A model generated the notes under the pieces. It was not told the DNA's origin, ran no database searches, and was given only the letters and a program-made list of their open reading frames with translations. Shown here piece after piece: positions 9,132 through 18,995 of a stretch of DNA of 64,000 nucleotides. The translations under genes and the position numbers were made by a program. Origin of the DNA: Motiliproteus sp. (GTDB lineage Bacteria > Pseudomonadota > Gammaproteobacteria > Pseudomonadales > Balneatricaceae); assembly GCF_965230735.1 (NCBI RefSeq), contig NZ_OZ246016.1, forward strand, positions 765,194 through 829,193, written 5' to 3'. Numbering within the stretch: the stretch's first letter is position 1; each line of letters begins with the position of its first letter.

Positions 9132-9775
9132 AGATTGCTGAGACCGTCGAGCAGACCATTGACTGCATCTATTGGTTATCCCCTTATCGCTGGGTCGATC
9201 ACCACCTGAAAGGGCGTGAGTCGGAGCACCGGCCGGGAACTCCGGAACAACAGCGCTGGCGTCAGCGCCGGTTGCGGCTCTCCGAGCGCTATATCTGCTA
9301 CTGGCTTGTGGCGGCGGTGTTGCTGTATCTGTTGCACCCGTATTTGGTGCCGTTGGGACTCTGGTTGATGGTGCCGCTGCTGCTGCGGGTATTTGGCATT
9401 CTCAACAAAGAGTTGGGCGTGGCGCTGTTCAATCGCTGCAAAATCACCGATGGCCCGCGGGTGGCAGCGACGGGTCGAACGATCGTGCTGGCGTTGATCA
9501 ACTACCTTACCGCACTGTTTTTGCTGGCGGCCTGTTATGGCTTGCAAGGCGCTGCCGCCTTTCAGGATACGCCGGTCTATGCGGTCAACGGGGTCGAGCT
9601 TTGGCCGCTGATCCAGGCGGCCAAATTGCACTTTACCCTCGGCGAAGCCTTTACCCCGGTCAGTGCGGCCGGTTGGTTGTTAACGCTGTTCCATAGCGGC
9701 TTCTGCTTTCTGTTCGGTACCCTGGTGATCTCGTTGTTCGTGTCCCTGTTGAACGTGAGCTCGGAGAACGCCTGA
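9128..9775 (+). CDS. Membrane protein with C-terminal ion-channel-like (Ion_trans_2-like) segment
   Basis: ATGA start/stop overlap with the MBL gene; about 4 TM helices; HFTLGEAFTPVSAAGWLL resembles the pore-helix/filter/TM pattern TTLGYGDITPxxxxGRLL. Confidence 0.55.
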   Translation: MKIAETVEQTIDCIYWLSPYRWVDHHLKGRESEHRPGTPEQQRWRQRRLRLSERYICYWLVAAVLLYLLHPYLVPLGLWLMVPLLLRVFGILNKELGVALFNRCKITDGPRVAATGRTIVLALINYLTALFLLAACYGLQGAAAFQDTPVYAVNGVELWPLIQAAKLHFTLGEAFTPVSAAGWLLTLFHSGFCFLFGTLVISLFVSLLNVSSENA

Positions 9776-9788
9776 TCGAAGCCGGTCC

Positions 9789-10205
9789 CTAGCGGCGCGG
9801 CGGCAGTTGATCATACTCGGGTAACTCGGCAGCACTGCGGTACCACTCGGCGCGGGAGTTGCAGAAGATATTCTGCGAAGGCCGGATATCCGGTACCTGG
9901 TCCAGCGTGCCGGCGGGAATCACCACCACCTTGCCGCCTTTGGCGATCCAGGGCATCGAGGAGCCGCAGGTTTTACAGAAGCTGGTGGCAAAGTAGCGGC
10001 TGTTGTCCGGTTCAAAGCGTCCCAGCGTCTCGGTGCTGCTGAGCCATTGAAAATGCTCCGGCTGGACAAACAGATTGGCCGCGTGCGCACTGCCGGTGAA
10101 TTTACGGCAGCGCGAGCAGTGGCAGTACTGAAAAATGTCCAGATGACCACTGGCTTGATAGCGCAGCGCACCGCATAAACAGCTGCCTTCGATCGGTTTA
10201 TTCAT
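9789..10205 (-). CDS. GFA (CENP-V) family zinc protein
   Basis: GSCLCG, CHCSRCRK and FCKTCGS motifs. Confidence 0.85.
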   Translation of the reverse strand: MNKPIEGSCLCGALRYQASGHLDIFQYCHCSRCRKFTGSAHAANLFVQPEHFQWLSSTETLGRFEPDNSRYFATSFCKTCGSSMPWIAKGGKVVVIPAGTLDQVPDIRPSQNIFCNSRAEWYRSAAELPEYDQLPPRR

Positions 10206-10230
10206 CGCCGCTGTACCTCGTGGCTGGATG

Positions 10231-10686
10231 TTATTGTGGCATCAAGGGCTTGAGCACCTGTTGCAAGCGTTCGTTATCCATGTGTTGCTGCAGCCCGGCC
10301 ATCCCCTGTTTGACCTCCGGATTGGCAAACAGCTCCTGGGCCGCGACCTGTCCCAGTACCCGAAAGCTGGCTTGCAGTGCCAGCGGGCCTTCGTATTTCA
10401 CCGCGTTCTGCAGCTGTGGCAGACAGCGCTCGGTGGTCAGCTGCATAAACAGTCCGGCCACTTCCTGGTTGGCCTGATCCCGTTGATCGGCATTGATCGA
10501 GGCCATCGATTGGACCGAGGGGTGGAGCGCCATGGCACTGAACATCCAGCGTACCAGAGTCAATTTATCCTGATGGGTGGAGGATTCGACCAAACAGCGG
10601 GACAGGTCGTCGGTGTAGATCTGGGCCTGGGCCGTGAGCGGGGCCGAGCAGAGCAGGGTTAGGGCGATCGGGCGTAGCAGTTTCAT
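10231..10686 (-). CDS. Hypothetical exported protein
   Basis: ATG 10686 with RBS; signal peptide MKLLRPIALTLLCSAPLTAQA; mature region DDLSRCLVEST...ASFRVLGQVAAQELF. Confidence 0.7.
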   Translation of the reverse strand: MKLLRPIALTLLCSAPLTAQAQIYTDDLSRCLVESSTHQDKLTLVRWMFSAMALHPSVQSMASINADQRDQANQEVAGLFMQLTTERCLPQLQNAVKYEGPLALQASFRVLGQVAAQELFANPEVKQGMAGLQQHMDNERLQQVLKPLMPQ

Positions 10687-10767
10687 CACAGCATCCTTTT
10701 CTGAGTTGAACCTCAAGCTTATACCGAATCGGTCGGAGGGGGTTATCCAGCTCGCCCCCAATTCGTC

Positions 10768-11121
10768 TTATCCGGCGCGACTACCATTGGGAACCGGTGT
10801 CTCCGGCGTGGCCAGACAGGGGGTCAGCTTATCGGCATAACCGATATCAAACAGCATGCCCTGAGACAGTTCCCCGGCCATCTTGCGCTCGGGCAGGTTG
10901 ACCACAAACAGGGCCTGCTTGCCTTCGATCTCTCTGGGGTTGTCCCGCTCCTGTTTGATACCGGCCAGGATCGAGCGTTGATGATCGCCGAAGTCGACGG
11001 TCAGTTTCATCAGTTTGTCGGACTTGGCGACCTCGCTGACCTCCAGAATAGTACCGACGCGGATATCAAGCTTGTCGAAATCTTCGAAACTGATCGGGTC
11101 TTTGATCGGGGCGGGTTCCAT
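10768..11121 (-). CDS. tRNA-binding OB-fold protein (CsaA/Trbp111-like)
   Basis: ISFEDFDKLDIRVGTILEV, KLTVDFG, FVVNLPERKMAGELSQGM. Confidence 0.85.
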   Translation of the reverse strand: MEPAPIKDPISFEDFDKLDIRVGTILEVSEVAKSDKLMKLTVDFGDHQRSILAGIKQERDNPREIEGKQALFVVNLPERKMAGELSQGMLFDIGYADKLTPCLATPETPVPNGSRAG

Positions 11122-11167
11122 GGTGGGCTCCTTTGATTCTTGCTCTGAAGGTTGAGCGCTGAGCAAT

Positions 11168-11202
11168 AAAAAACCCCAGCGGATCGCCCGATGGGGTTTT
11201 TG
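11168..11202. terminator. Bidirectional terminator-like hairpin downstream of ilvE
   Basis: A-tract, CCCCAGCGG...CCGATGGGG stem, T-tract. Confidence 0.65.
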
Positions 11203-11222
11203 AAAGTCTTATTTGGTTGGTG

Positions 11223-12218
11223 TTAAACCGTGGTCAGCCAGCCGTGCTTGTCTTCGGCCTTGCCCCACTGAATATCGTTGAGAGTCTGGCGCAGTTTGAC
11301 GGTGGTCGGGCCAACGCTGCCGCTGCCGACTTTCAACTCTTTACCCTGGTAGATCAGGGTGCCGACCGGGGCCAGTACCGCCGCTGTACCGGACAGAGCC
11401 GCTTCACAACCGGGCTTGGCGGCACGCTCGAGCAGCTCGTCGACGCTGAGCTGGCGTTCGGACACTTTCATTCCCAGGTCGCGGGCGATGGTCAGGATCG
11501 AGTCGCGGGTCACCCCGTGCAGGAAGCTTTCATCCAGTGCCTTGGTAATGATCTCGTCACCGTCGATCAGCAGGAAGTTGGCGGCGCCGGTCTCCTGGAC
11601 ATCGCCGCCGGGCGCGAACAGCACCTGATCGGCCTGGAACTCGGCCCGGGCATTCATGATCGGCTGCAGCGCGCTGGCGTAGTTGCCACCGCTCTTGACC
11701 ATCCCCATGTGGGCGGCGCAACGCATGCCGTCGTCTTCGATCAGCAGCCGCAGGCAGGCATCGCCACCGGCGAAGTAGTCGCCAACCGGGGACAGCAGCA
11801 CATACTGACAGGAGCTGGTGGACGGGGCCGCCGCCTTGCCGATCGCGGCTTCGGTACCGATATGGGTCGGGCGGATATACATCGAACCGGGAGCTGCCGG
11901 GACTTCGTCGGCGAAGTGGGCGACGACATCGGTGATCATCTTGGCGGTGGCGTCCGGATCGATCTCCGGCAGGGCCAGCAGGCGGCTGCTTTGAGCGAAA
12001 CGGACGATATTACGGTCCATCCGGAAGATCTTGGTGGAGCCGTCTTCGTGTCGGAACGCTTTCAGGCCTTCGAAGCAAGTGCTGGAGTAGTGCAGCACGT
12101 GGGCACCGGGGTGTAGTTGAATACTGTCGCTGGAAACCATCTCGGCCTCGCTCCAGCTTGTTCCATCAAACCAGGAGATCGCCATTTTCGGCATGAAAAC
12201 GGTACCAAATGCAGACAT
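11223..12218 (-). CDS. ilvE: Branched-chain amino acid aminotransferase
   Basis: LHYSSTCFEGLKAFR, YIRP, KSGGNYA (PLP lysine), ETGAANF, FLHGVTRDSIL, SGTAA. Confidence 0.9.
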   Translation of the reverse strand: MSAFGTVFMPKMAISWFDGTSWSEAEMVSSDSIQLHPGAHVLHYSSTCFEGLKAFRHEDGSTKIFRMDRNIVRFAQSSRLLALPEIDPDATAKMITDVVAHFADEVPAAPGSMYIRPTHIGTEAAIGKAAAPSTSSCQYVLLSPVGDYFAGGDACLRLLIEDDGMRCAAHMGMVKSGGNYASALQPIMNARAEFQADQVLFAPGGDVQETGAANFLLIDGDEIITKALDESFLHGVTRDSILTIARDLGMKVSERQLSVDELLERAAKPGCEAALSGTAAVLAPVGTLIYQGKELKVGSGSVGPTTVKLRQTLNDIQWGKAEDKHGWLTTV

Positions 12219-12390
12219 GTAGCTACCTCAATGCAAACTTTTATTCTTAAATGGAGCCACGTGGCTGAGTCGGAATAACCGGTTCGGTGAAGCAGTCTGG
12301 CCGGTGAAACTCGTGGGGCGGGAGCCGCCCGGTGGCGTATGGGTTTGATTGTAATCAGCCGCGTCGCAAAAGGGAATCACCGCTAACCGG

Positions 12391-13098
12391 TTAGCCGGCG
12401 TGATAGCCGTCCAGCAGCCGTTGCCAGTGGGCGCTGTGATCCTGGTTGGGAAATAGCTTGTTGAGCGAACGCAGCAGTCGGTCCAGGTTGCCCTGCTGCC
12501 AGCCGGGTTCGGATGGGCGCAGCCGACAACGGTCGAAATCGATCAGATAAACTTGCTGCTGGGTGTCGATCAGGATATTTCGCAGGTTCAGGTCGACGTG
12601 ATCGAGCCCGGCGTGGTGGAAGCGGGCGATGGTGCGGCCGACCTCCTGCCAGGGAAAATCCCGCAGCGACTGCTGCAGCCGGTCGGCCATTGAGGCGACA
12701 TCGGGTAGCCGTTCGGTGATCAGGTCGGCCTGATAGCTCAGGCCGCGGCGTACGATGGCGGCGGCCACTGGGCGGGGAACCGGCAGACCCCGGCTGCGAA
12801 GCTGGTGGGTCAGTTCGAATTCCTGGTAGGCGCGGGTCTGTTTCAGGCCACTCCAGAGATAGCGATCTTCGCTCAAGCGGGCCGCCATGCCGCCGCGCTT
12901 GTAGTGACGCCAGACCAGGTTCAGTTGCAGCTCCGGATGGCACAGAAAGTGGCTCTCACCCCGACCCGGTGCCGAGCCGAGCCAGCCGCCATTGCCGCGC
13001 CACCAGTTGAGATCGAACCATGATCGGTTAATATGCTCAACCAGTTCCGGTGCAACCAGCAGCGTAGCTCCAGCCTGTTGAATAACTTGGAAACCCAT
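12391..13098 (-). CDS. kdkA: Kdo (3-deoxy-D-manno-octulosonic acid) kinase
   Basis: GRGES, RHYKRGG, TRAYQEF, YQADLITE, HVDLNLRNIL, YLIDFDR; located in the LPS locus. Confidence 0.9.
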   Translation of the reverse strand: MGFQVIQQAGATLLVAPELVEHINRSWFDLNWWRGNGGWLGSAPGRGESHFLCHPELQLNLVWRHYKRGGMAARLSEDRYLWSGLKQTRAYQEFELTHQLRSRGLPVPRPVAAAIVRRGLSYQADLITERLPDVASMADRLQQSLRDFPWQEVGRTIARFHHAGLDHVDLNLRNILIDTQQQVYLIDFDRCRLRPSEPGWQQGNLDRLLRSLNKLFPNQDHSAHWQRLLDGYHAG

Positions 13099-13100
13099 TC

Positions 13101-14216
13101 GTGAACCCCAGTGCTAACTCCAGTACGACCTGTGCCGATCAGACGTTGAAGATCTCGCCGTTGCTTGGTCGGGCACCGGAATCAATCTGTGTGCTGCGCC
13201 TTTCGGCGCTGGGCGATGTCTGCAATACCCTGCCGGCAGTTCGAGCGCTGCAGCGGCAGTGGCCCGATTGTCGCATAACCTGGATCGTAGGCAAGGTCGA
13301 AGCCATGATGCTGGACGGCATCGATGGGGTTGAGTTGCTGGTCTACGACAAACGCAGTGGTTTCAAGGGGATGCTTGAACTTCGAAAGCAGCTCAAAGGA
13401 CGTCGCTTTGATCTGTTGCTTCATATGCAGGCGGCGCTGAGGGCCAGCCTGCTGTCACTGTGCATTCCGGCCAAAATACGCTTGGGGTTCGATGCCGAAC
13501 GGGCCAAGGATAATCAGCGGTTGTTTACCAATCGCCAAATCGCCCCGAACCCCCGCAAGCATGTGCTCGACGGCTTTATGGATTTTATCCGTGCCTGCGG
13601 CGCCGACGCCGAGTCGCTGGAGTGGCGGATGCCGATTCCCGATCAAGATCGACAGCAAGCCCGCCGGTTGGTCGGTGAGCAGCGCTATCTGGTGATCAGC
13701 CCCTGCTCCAGCCAGCGGATTCGCAATTTCCGCAACTGGTCGGTCGAAGGCTATGCCGAGGTGATCGACCATGCCTGGCAACAACATGGCCTGCGAACGG
13801 TACTCAGCGGCGGGAACACCGAGTTGGAGCAGCACTACGGAGAGCGTCTGGGTGAGCTTTGCAGCGCGGCGCCGATTAATCTAATCGGTAAAACCTCCTT
13901 GAAGGAGCTGCTGGCGCTGATCGAAGGGGCTGAGCTGGTGTTGGGTCCGGATTCGGGACCGATGCACATGGGAACCGCCACCGGTACCCCTGCGCTGGGG
14001 CTCTATGCCAGCTCCAACCCGGATCGGACCGGTCCCTACCTGAGCCGACAGTGGGTGGTGAACGCCTACCCGGCGCAGGTTCATAAAGCGTTCGGCTGCG
14101 AGGTGGATTCGATCAGCTGGGGCAAACGGGTACGCGAACCCGATGTGATGGACAGTATTCAGGTTGCCGAGGTGACAGCGATGATGGACCGTCTACTGGC
14201 GGAGCGTTCCGCTTGA
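13101..14216 (+). CDS. GT9 glycosyltransferase (heptosyltransferase, OpsX-like)
   Basis: LRLSALGDV, HMQAALRAS, RLGFDAERAK, GPDSGPMH; true start may lie further downstream. Confidence 0.85.
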   Translation: MNPSANSSTTCADQTLKISPLLGRAPESICVLRLSALGDVCNTLPAVRALQRQWPDCRITWIVGKVEAMMLDGIDGVELLVYDKRSGFKGMLELRKQLKGRRFDLLLHMQAALRASLLSLCIPAKIRLGFDAERAKDNQRLFTNRQIAPNPRKHVLDGFMDFIRACGADAESLEWRMPIPDQDRQQARRLVGEQRYLVISPCSSQRIRNFRNWSVEGYAEVIDHAWQQHGLRTVLSGGNTELEQHYGERLGELCSAAPINLIGKTSLKELLALIEGAELVLGPDSGPMHMGTATGTPALGLYASSNPDRTGPYLSRQWVVNAYPAQVHKAFGCEVDSISWGKRVREPDVMDSIQVAEVTAMMDRLLAERSA

Positions 14217-15481
14217 GTCGGTTGTTCTATCAGCTGCTACTGATTCTGGCGGCACCCTTGCTGTTGTGGATGGGGCGTAAGCAGGATCCGGTCCGTTGGC
14301 GTGAGCGCTTGGGGCGCTACCCGGGCGAGCTGCCACAGCGGCCGATCTGGCTCCATGCCGCCTCTTTCGGTGAGGCCAAGGCGGCCGGGGTGTTGATCGA
14401 GGCGGTACGCAACGCCGGTTATACCGGTCCCTGGCTAGTGACCACCACCACCGCCACCGGTGCCGAGGAGATCGGCAAGGCTCTCCGTCCTGGCGATCGT
14501 CATCTCTACGCGCCGCTGGACTCACGGGCGGTGGTCAAACGGGTACTGGAGCAGATCCAGCCGCAACTGCTGCTGGTGATGGAGGTCGAGATCTGGCCCA
14601 ATCTCTGGGCTGAGTGTGCCCGGCAACAGATCCCTGTGGTGCTGGCCAATGCACGCTTATCCGAGTCCTCAATGCGAAGCTATCAGCGTTATCTCCCGGC
14701 GTTATGGCGCTCAACCCTGGCCAAGGCTAGTCTGATTCTGGCGCAGGATGGGGGTATCGCCACTCGTTTCTCAGCCCTTGGCGTTGCTGAACAGCGACTG
14801 CGGCTGGGGGGGAATCTCAAGTACGCGCAACCCCTGCCCTCTGATATTACCCGGCAAGGTGAAGCTATGCGCCAGATACTGGGGACTAAGCGACCGGTGT
14901 GGCTGGCGGCCAGCACCCACGACGGCGAAGAGTCGATCGCGCTGGAATGCCACCGACAGTTGCTGGCGCAGCAGCCTGATGCCTTGCTGGTGCTGGTGCC
15001 GCGTCACCCGCAGCGGTTTGAGACTGTGGCGCAACTGTGCCGACAGTCGGGATTCAATTGGCAACGGCGTAGTGATTCGAAGCAAGAGCCGGTGGCCGAT
15101 GACTGCGAACTCTATCTGGCCGACAGCCTGGGCGAGCTGCTGCCGTTTTACGCCGCTGCTGATCTTTGCTGGGTAGCCGGCAGCTTTGTCGATGTTGGCG
15201 GACATAATATTTTGGAGCCCGCCGGTTGCGGCTGTCCGATGCTGGTTGGGCCCGATATGCGCAATTTTGAGACCATCAATCGCCAGTTTGTTGAAGCCGA
15301 TGGTTTGATTCAGGTTGATGATCAAGCGGCGTTGGCCGAACAGGTGGTTCGGTTGATGCCAGATAGTGAAGCGAGAATCCGGATGGCCGAGTCGGCTCGG
15401 CAGCAATTGCAGGGCTATCAAGATGTTGCGCTAAAGCAAGCCGAAGCGGTACTGGACGCATTAAATCAGCCCGCGCCTTAG
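14213..15481 (+). CDS. waaA: Kdo transferase
   Basis: IWLHAASFGE, TTTTATG, EVEIWPN, NARLS, AASTHDGEE, PRHPQRF, GGHNILEPA. Confidence 0.92.
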   Translation: MSRLFYQLLLILAAPLLLWMGRKQDPVRWRERLGRYPGELPQRPIWLHAASFGEAKAAGVLIEAVRNAGYTGPWLVTTTTATGAEEIGKALRPGDRHLYAPLDSRAVVKRVLEQIQPQLLLVMEVEIWPNLWAECARQQIPVVLANARLSESSMRSYQRYLPALWRSTLAKASLILAQDGGIATRFSALGVAEQRLRLGGNLKYAQPLPSDITRQGEAMRQILGTKRPVWLAASTHDGEESIALECHRQLLAQQPDALLVLVPRHPQRFETVAQLCRQSGFNWQRRSDSKQEPVADDCELYLADSLGELLPFYAAADLCWVAGSFVDVGGHNILEPAGCGCPMLVGPDMRNFETINRQFVEADGLIQVDDQAALAEQVVRLMPDSEARIRMAESARQQLQGYQDVALKQAEAVLDALNQPAP

Positions 15482-15571
15482 TCAAATCCGGTTCTATGAT
15501 AGAATCACGCCCATTTACTCGGCCCAGCGGTAGGGGCCGGGCTATCTCATTCAGTTAATTGAGAAATCAGA

Positions 15572-17299
15572 TTGAGAACCAATAGAGAACTGCTGGGTCG
15601 TCTGATGACCTATGTGCGGCCGCACTGGGGCAAATTTGTCATCGCGATCATTGCGATGGCGGTGGTGGCCAGTACCGAGCCGGCGGTGGCGGCGATGATG
15701 CAGCCGCTGATCGATGGAACCTTTATCGACAAGGATCCCGATGCCATTGTGATGGTACCGCTGACCTTCGTCGGGTTGTTTTTCGTCCGCGGAGTTGCCC
15801 GGGTCGTGGCGACGCTGGGGGTGACCTCGGTGGCAACCCGGGTGGTGATGCAGCTGCGGGTTGAGCTGTTCAGCCATATTCAGCAGCTGCCACAGTCCTA
15901 TATGGATTCCAACACCACCGGCAAACTGTTGTCGAAGGTGACTTACGATGTCGAGCAGTTGTCATCGACCGCCAGTAAGGTCTGGCTGGTTTTGGTTCGT
16001 GATTCGCTGATTATCATCGGTCTGCTTGGCTACCTGTTCTACCTCAACTGGCGACTGGCGATGCTGATGCTGATCGCCGGGCCGGTTATTGCGGTGATCA
16101 TCAAGCTGGTCAGCAAGACGATGCGCAAATCCAGTCGACTGCTGCAGGACAATATGGGCCAACTGACCCACCGGTTGGAAGAGAACCTGAAAGGGCATCG
16201 GCTGGTGAAACTGTTTCTGGCCGAATCCCAGGAAGAGACCAAGTTTTACGATGTGGTGAACCAGTTACGCCAGAATACCCTGAAGCTGGTAGTGATCGGT
16301 GCAGCCAACTCACCGGTGGTACAGTTTGTGATCGCCATCGCCCTGGCCAGCGTGATCTATTTCGCCGCCACGCTGGAGGGTGATTCGGCCATGACGCCGG
16401 GTGAGTTTGTCTCCTTCTTTACCGCGATGGGTATGCTGTTTGCCCCGATGCGTTCGCTGACCAGTGTCAACGAGCCGTTCCAGCGCGGCATGGCGGCGGC
16501 CGAGACCCTGTTTACCCTGCTGGACCATCCGACCGAATCGGACAGCGGCGATGAACTGAAGCAGCCGTTCAGCGGAAAGATCGAGATTCAGAATCTGAGT
16601 TTCCGCTATGCGCCCGAGCTGGATCCGGTTCTCAAAGGAGTCAGTGTCGGGTTGAATCCCGGTGAGACCTTGGCGTTGGTGGGAGGCTCCGGCAGCGGCA
16701 AATCGACCCTGACCCAGCTGTTGACCCGTTTCTACCAGCCCGAATCGGGCCAGATCCTGTTCGATGGAACGGATATCCAGACCCTGAAGCTCAGCTGCTT
16801 ACGTAGCCAGATCGCCTATGTGGATCAGGATGTGTTCCTGTTCAATGAGAGCGTGGCCGATAACGTCGCCTTTGGTGATCCCGAGGGCGCCGATCTGGAT
16901 CGGGTCCGCGAAGCGCTCAGGCATGCCCATGCCGAGGAGTTCGTCGACAAGATGGATGGCGGTATCCATGCCCAGATCGGTGAACAGGGTAGCCTGCTGT
17001 CCGGTGGTCAACGCCAACGGCTGGCCCTGGCCCGGGCCTTCTACAAGGATGCGCCGCTGCTGATCCTGGACGAAGCCACGTCGGCGCTGGATAACGAGTC
17101 CGAGCGTCAGGTACAGGCAGCACTGGAAGAGCTCTGTGAAGGTCGGACTACGATTATCATTGCTCACCGCTTGTCGACCATCGAGCATGCCGATCGAATT
17201 CTGGTGATGGACAAGGGTGAAGTGAAAGAGATGGGAACCCATCAGCAGTTGTTGGAAAAAGGCGGTATCTATCGCCAGCTGTACCGGGAGATGCACTGA
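15572..17299 (+). CDS. msbA: Lipid A-core flippase, ABC transporter
   Basis: TMD plus NBD (GGSGSGKST, LSGGQRQR, LILDEATSALD); lies between waaA and lpxL. Confidence 0.95.
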   Translation: MRTNRELLGRLMTYVRPHWGKFVIAIIAMAVVASTEPAVAAMMQPLIDGTFIDKDPDAIVMVPLTFVGLFFVRGVARVVATLGVTSVATRVVMQLRVELFSHIQQLPQSYMDSNTTGKLLSKVTYDVEQLSSTASKVWLVLVRDSLIIIGLLGYLFYLNWRLAMLMLIAGPVIAVIIKLVSKTMRKSSRLLQDNMGQLTHRLEENLKGHRLVKLFLAESQEETKFYDVVNQLRQNTLKLVVIGAANSPVVQFVIAIALASVIYFAATLEGDSAMTPGEFVSFFTAMGMLFAPMRSLTSVNEPFQRGMAAAETLFTLLDHPTESDSGDELKQPFSGKIEIQNLSFRYAPELDPVLKGVSVGLNPGETLALVGGSGSGKSTLTQLLTRFYQPESGQILFDGTDIQTLKLSCLRSQIAYVDQDVFLFNESVADNVAFGDPEGADLDRVREALRHAHAEEFVDKMDGGIHAQIGEQGSLLSGGQRQRLALARAFYKDAPLLILDEATSALDNESERQVQAALEELCEGRTTIIIAHRLSTIEHADRILVMDKGEVKEMGTHQQLLEKGGIYRQLYREMH

Positions 17300-18204
17300 T
17301 GCGGATAAAGAATCCGACCCTCAAAGACCTGATTGGCCCCCGGTTTTGGTTGCTTTGGCTGGGGCTGGGGATCTTGCGGCTGTTGATCATGCTGCCGTTT
17401 CCGATGCAACTGGCGATCGGTCGGTTTGTTGGGCGACTGCTGTACCGTCTGGCACCGAAACGGGTCAAGGTCGCACGTCGCAATATCGAGCACTGTTTTC
17501 CTGAGCAGAGCGCCGAACAGCACGAAACGCTGACCCGGCAGCACTTTGAAGCTCTGGGTATCTCGTTGTTTGAAACCGGTCTGAGCTGGTGGGGCCGTGA
17601 TCGTCAGATCGCACCCCTGCTAAAAGAGATCAATGGACTGGAGCACCTGCAGGCAGCCCAGGCTGAAGGCAAAGGGGTGATCCTGCTTTGCGCCCACTTT
17701 ACCGATCTGGAGATCGCCTGCCGGATGCTGGTACCCCATGCCAGCTTCGCCGCGGTTTACCGGCAGATGAACAATCCGTTGCTGGAATATGTCACCGCGG
17801 CCGGTCGTAACCTTCACTCCGAAGAGGCGATTCCCAAGGACAATATCAAGCGCATGATCAAGCTACTGCGTAACGGACGCACGATCTGGTTCGCCTCGGA
17901 TCAGAGCTATCGGCGTAAGAACAGTGAACTGATCAGCTTTTTCGGCCAACCGGCTCCGACCGCGATGGTGATTCCTTCGTTGGCGCGGATGGGAAAGGGG
18001 GTGGTGATTCCGTTTAATGTTGCCCGGATCGACGACGGTTACCGGATCGATATTCTTCCCGTCTGGGAGGCATACCCTTCCGGCGATGAAGTGGCCGATA
18101 CCGAGCGCTACCACCGTACCATTGAGGATCAGGTCCGAAAGGTGCCGGAACAGTATCTGTGGGTGCACAAGCGGTTCAAGGGTGCACCAGGCTTCGAATA
18201 CTGA
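17299..18204 (+). CDS. lpxL: Lipid A lauroyl acyltransferase (LpxL/LpxP family)
   Basis: AHFTDLE catalytic HX4E, FFGQPA, PEQYLWVHKRFK. Confidence 0.85.
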   Translation: MRIKNPTLKDLIGPRFWLLWLGLGILRLLIMLPFPMQLAIGRFVGRLLYRLAPKRVKVARRNIEHCFPEQSAEQHETLTRQHFEALGISLFETGLSWWGRDRQIAPLLKEINGLEHLQAAQAEGKGVILLCAHFTDLEIACRMLVPHASFAAVYRQMNNPLLEYVTAAGRNLHSEEAIPKDNIKRMIKLLRNGRTIWFASDQSYRRKNSELISFFGQPAPTAMVIPSLARMGKGVVIPFNVARIDDGYRIDILPVWEAYPSGDEVADTERYHRTIEDQVRKVPEQYLWVHKRFKGAPGFEY

Positions 18205-18217
18205 GGAGTTTTCACCG

Positions 18218-18985
18218 ATGAGTGCTGCCATCCCGACGCTGACGGTTATCGTGTTGACTAAGGACTCCGCCTCCTTTCTTCGACGTTGTTTGGCCAGCGC
18301 GGACTGGGCAGACGAGTTGTTGGTCTACGACAGCGGCAGTTCTGATGAGACGTTAGCGATTGCGGCTGAGTTCAATGCCAAGGTGGTGGTGGATGAAGAT
18401 TGGCAGGGCTTTGGTCGTCAGCGCCAGAAGGCCCAGCAACAGGCTACCAGTGACTGGCTGTTCTGGCTCGACAGCGATGAAATTATCTCGGCCGAGCTGC
18501 GAGATTCGATCCGAGAAACCCTTCAAGAGGCACAACCTGATTACGCCTATCGCTGTGCCCGCCTAACCGACTATTTCGGTAGCTTTATCCGCCATGGTGG
18601 CTGGTACCCGGACTGGGTGGTGCGGCTGCATGATCGCCAGCGCTACCAGTACAACGATGCTCAGGTGCACGAATCGATCAGCTGTGACAAAGAACAGATC
18701 CGCACCCTCAACGGAGACCTGGAACACTACACCACCGAATCCTTCAGTGCTTACATGGCTAAGTCGGTCCGTTATGCCGATGACTGGGCACGGGACCGCC
18801 ATGCCCGCGGCAAGAAGGTTTCCGTTGCTGGGGTGTTGTTACGCTCTGGCTGGATGTTTATCCGTAAATACCTGCTCCAACGCGGCTGTTTAGACGGCAA
18901 GCATGGACTGCTGCTGGCGGTACAGTCGAGTCACTACACCTTCAATAAGTACTTTGCCCTCTGGATCCTGAACCGTCGTCGTTAG
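18218..18985 (+). CDS. GT2 LPS core glucosyltransferase (WaaE/KdtX/LgtF-like)
   Basis: ATG 18218 with GAGGAG RBS; YDSGSSDET, WQGFGRQRQ, WLDSDE, GGWYPD, VHE, GCLDGKHG. Confidence 0.85.
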   Translation: MSAAIPTLTVIVLTKDSASFLRRCLASADWADELLVYDSGSSDETLAIAAEFNAKVVVDEDWQGFGRQRQKAQQQATSDWLFWLDSDEIISAELRDSIRETLQEAQPDYAYRCARLTDYFGSFIRHGGWYPDWVVRLHDRQRYQYNDAQVHESISCDKEQIRTLNGDLEHYTTESFSAYMAKSVRYADDWARDRHARGKKVSVAGVLLRSGWMFIRKYLLQRGCLDGKHGLLLAVQSSHYTFNKYFALWILNRRR

Positions 18986-18995
18986 ATCCTAATAA

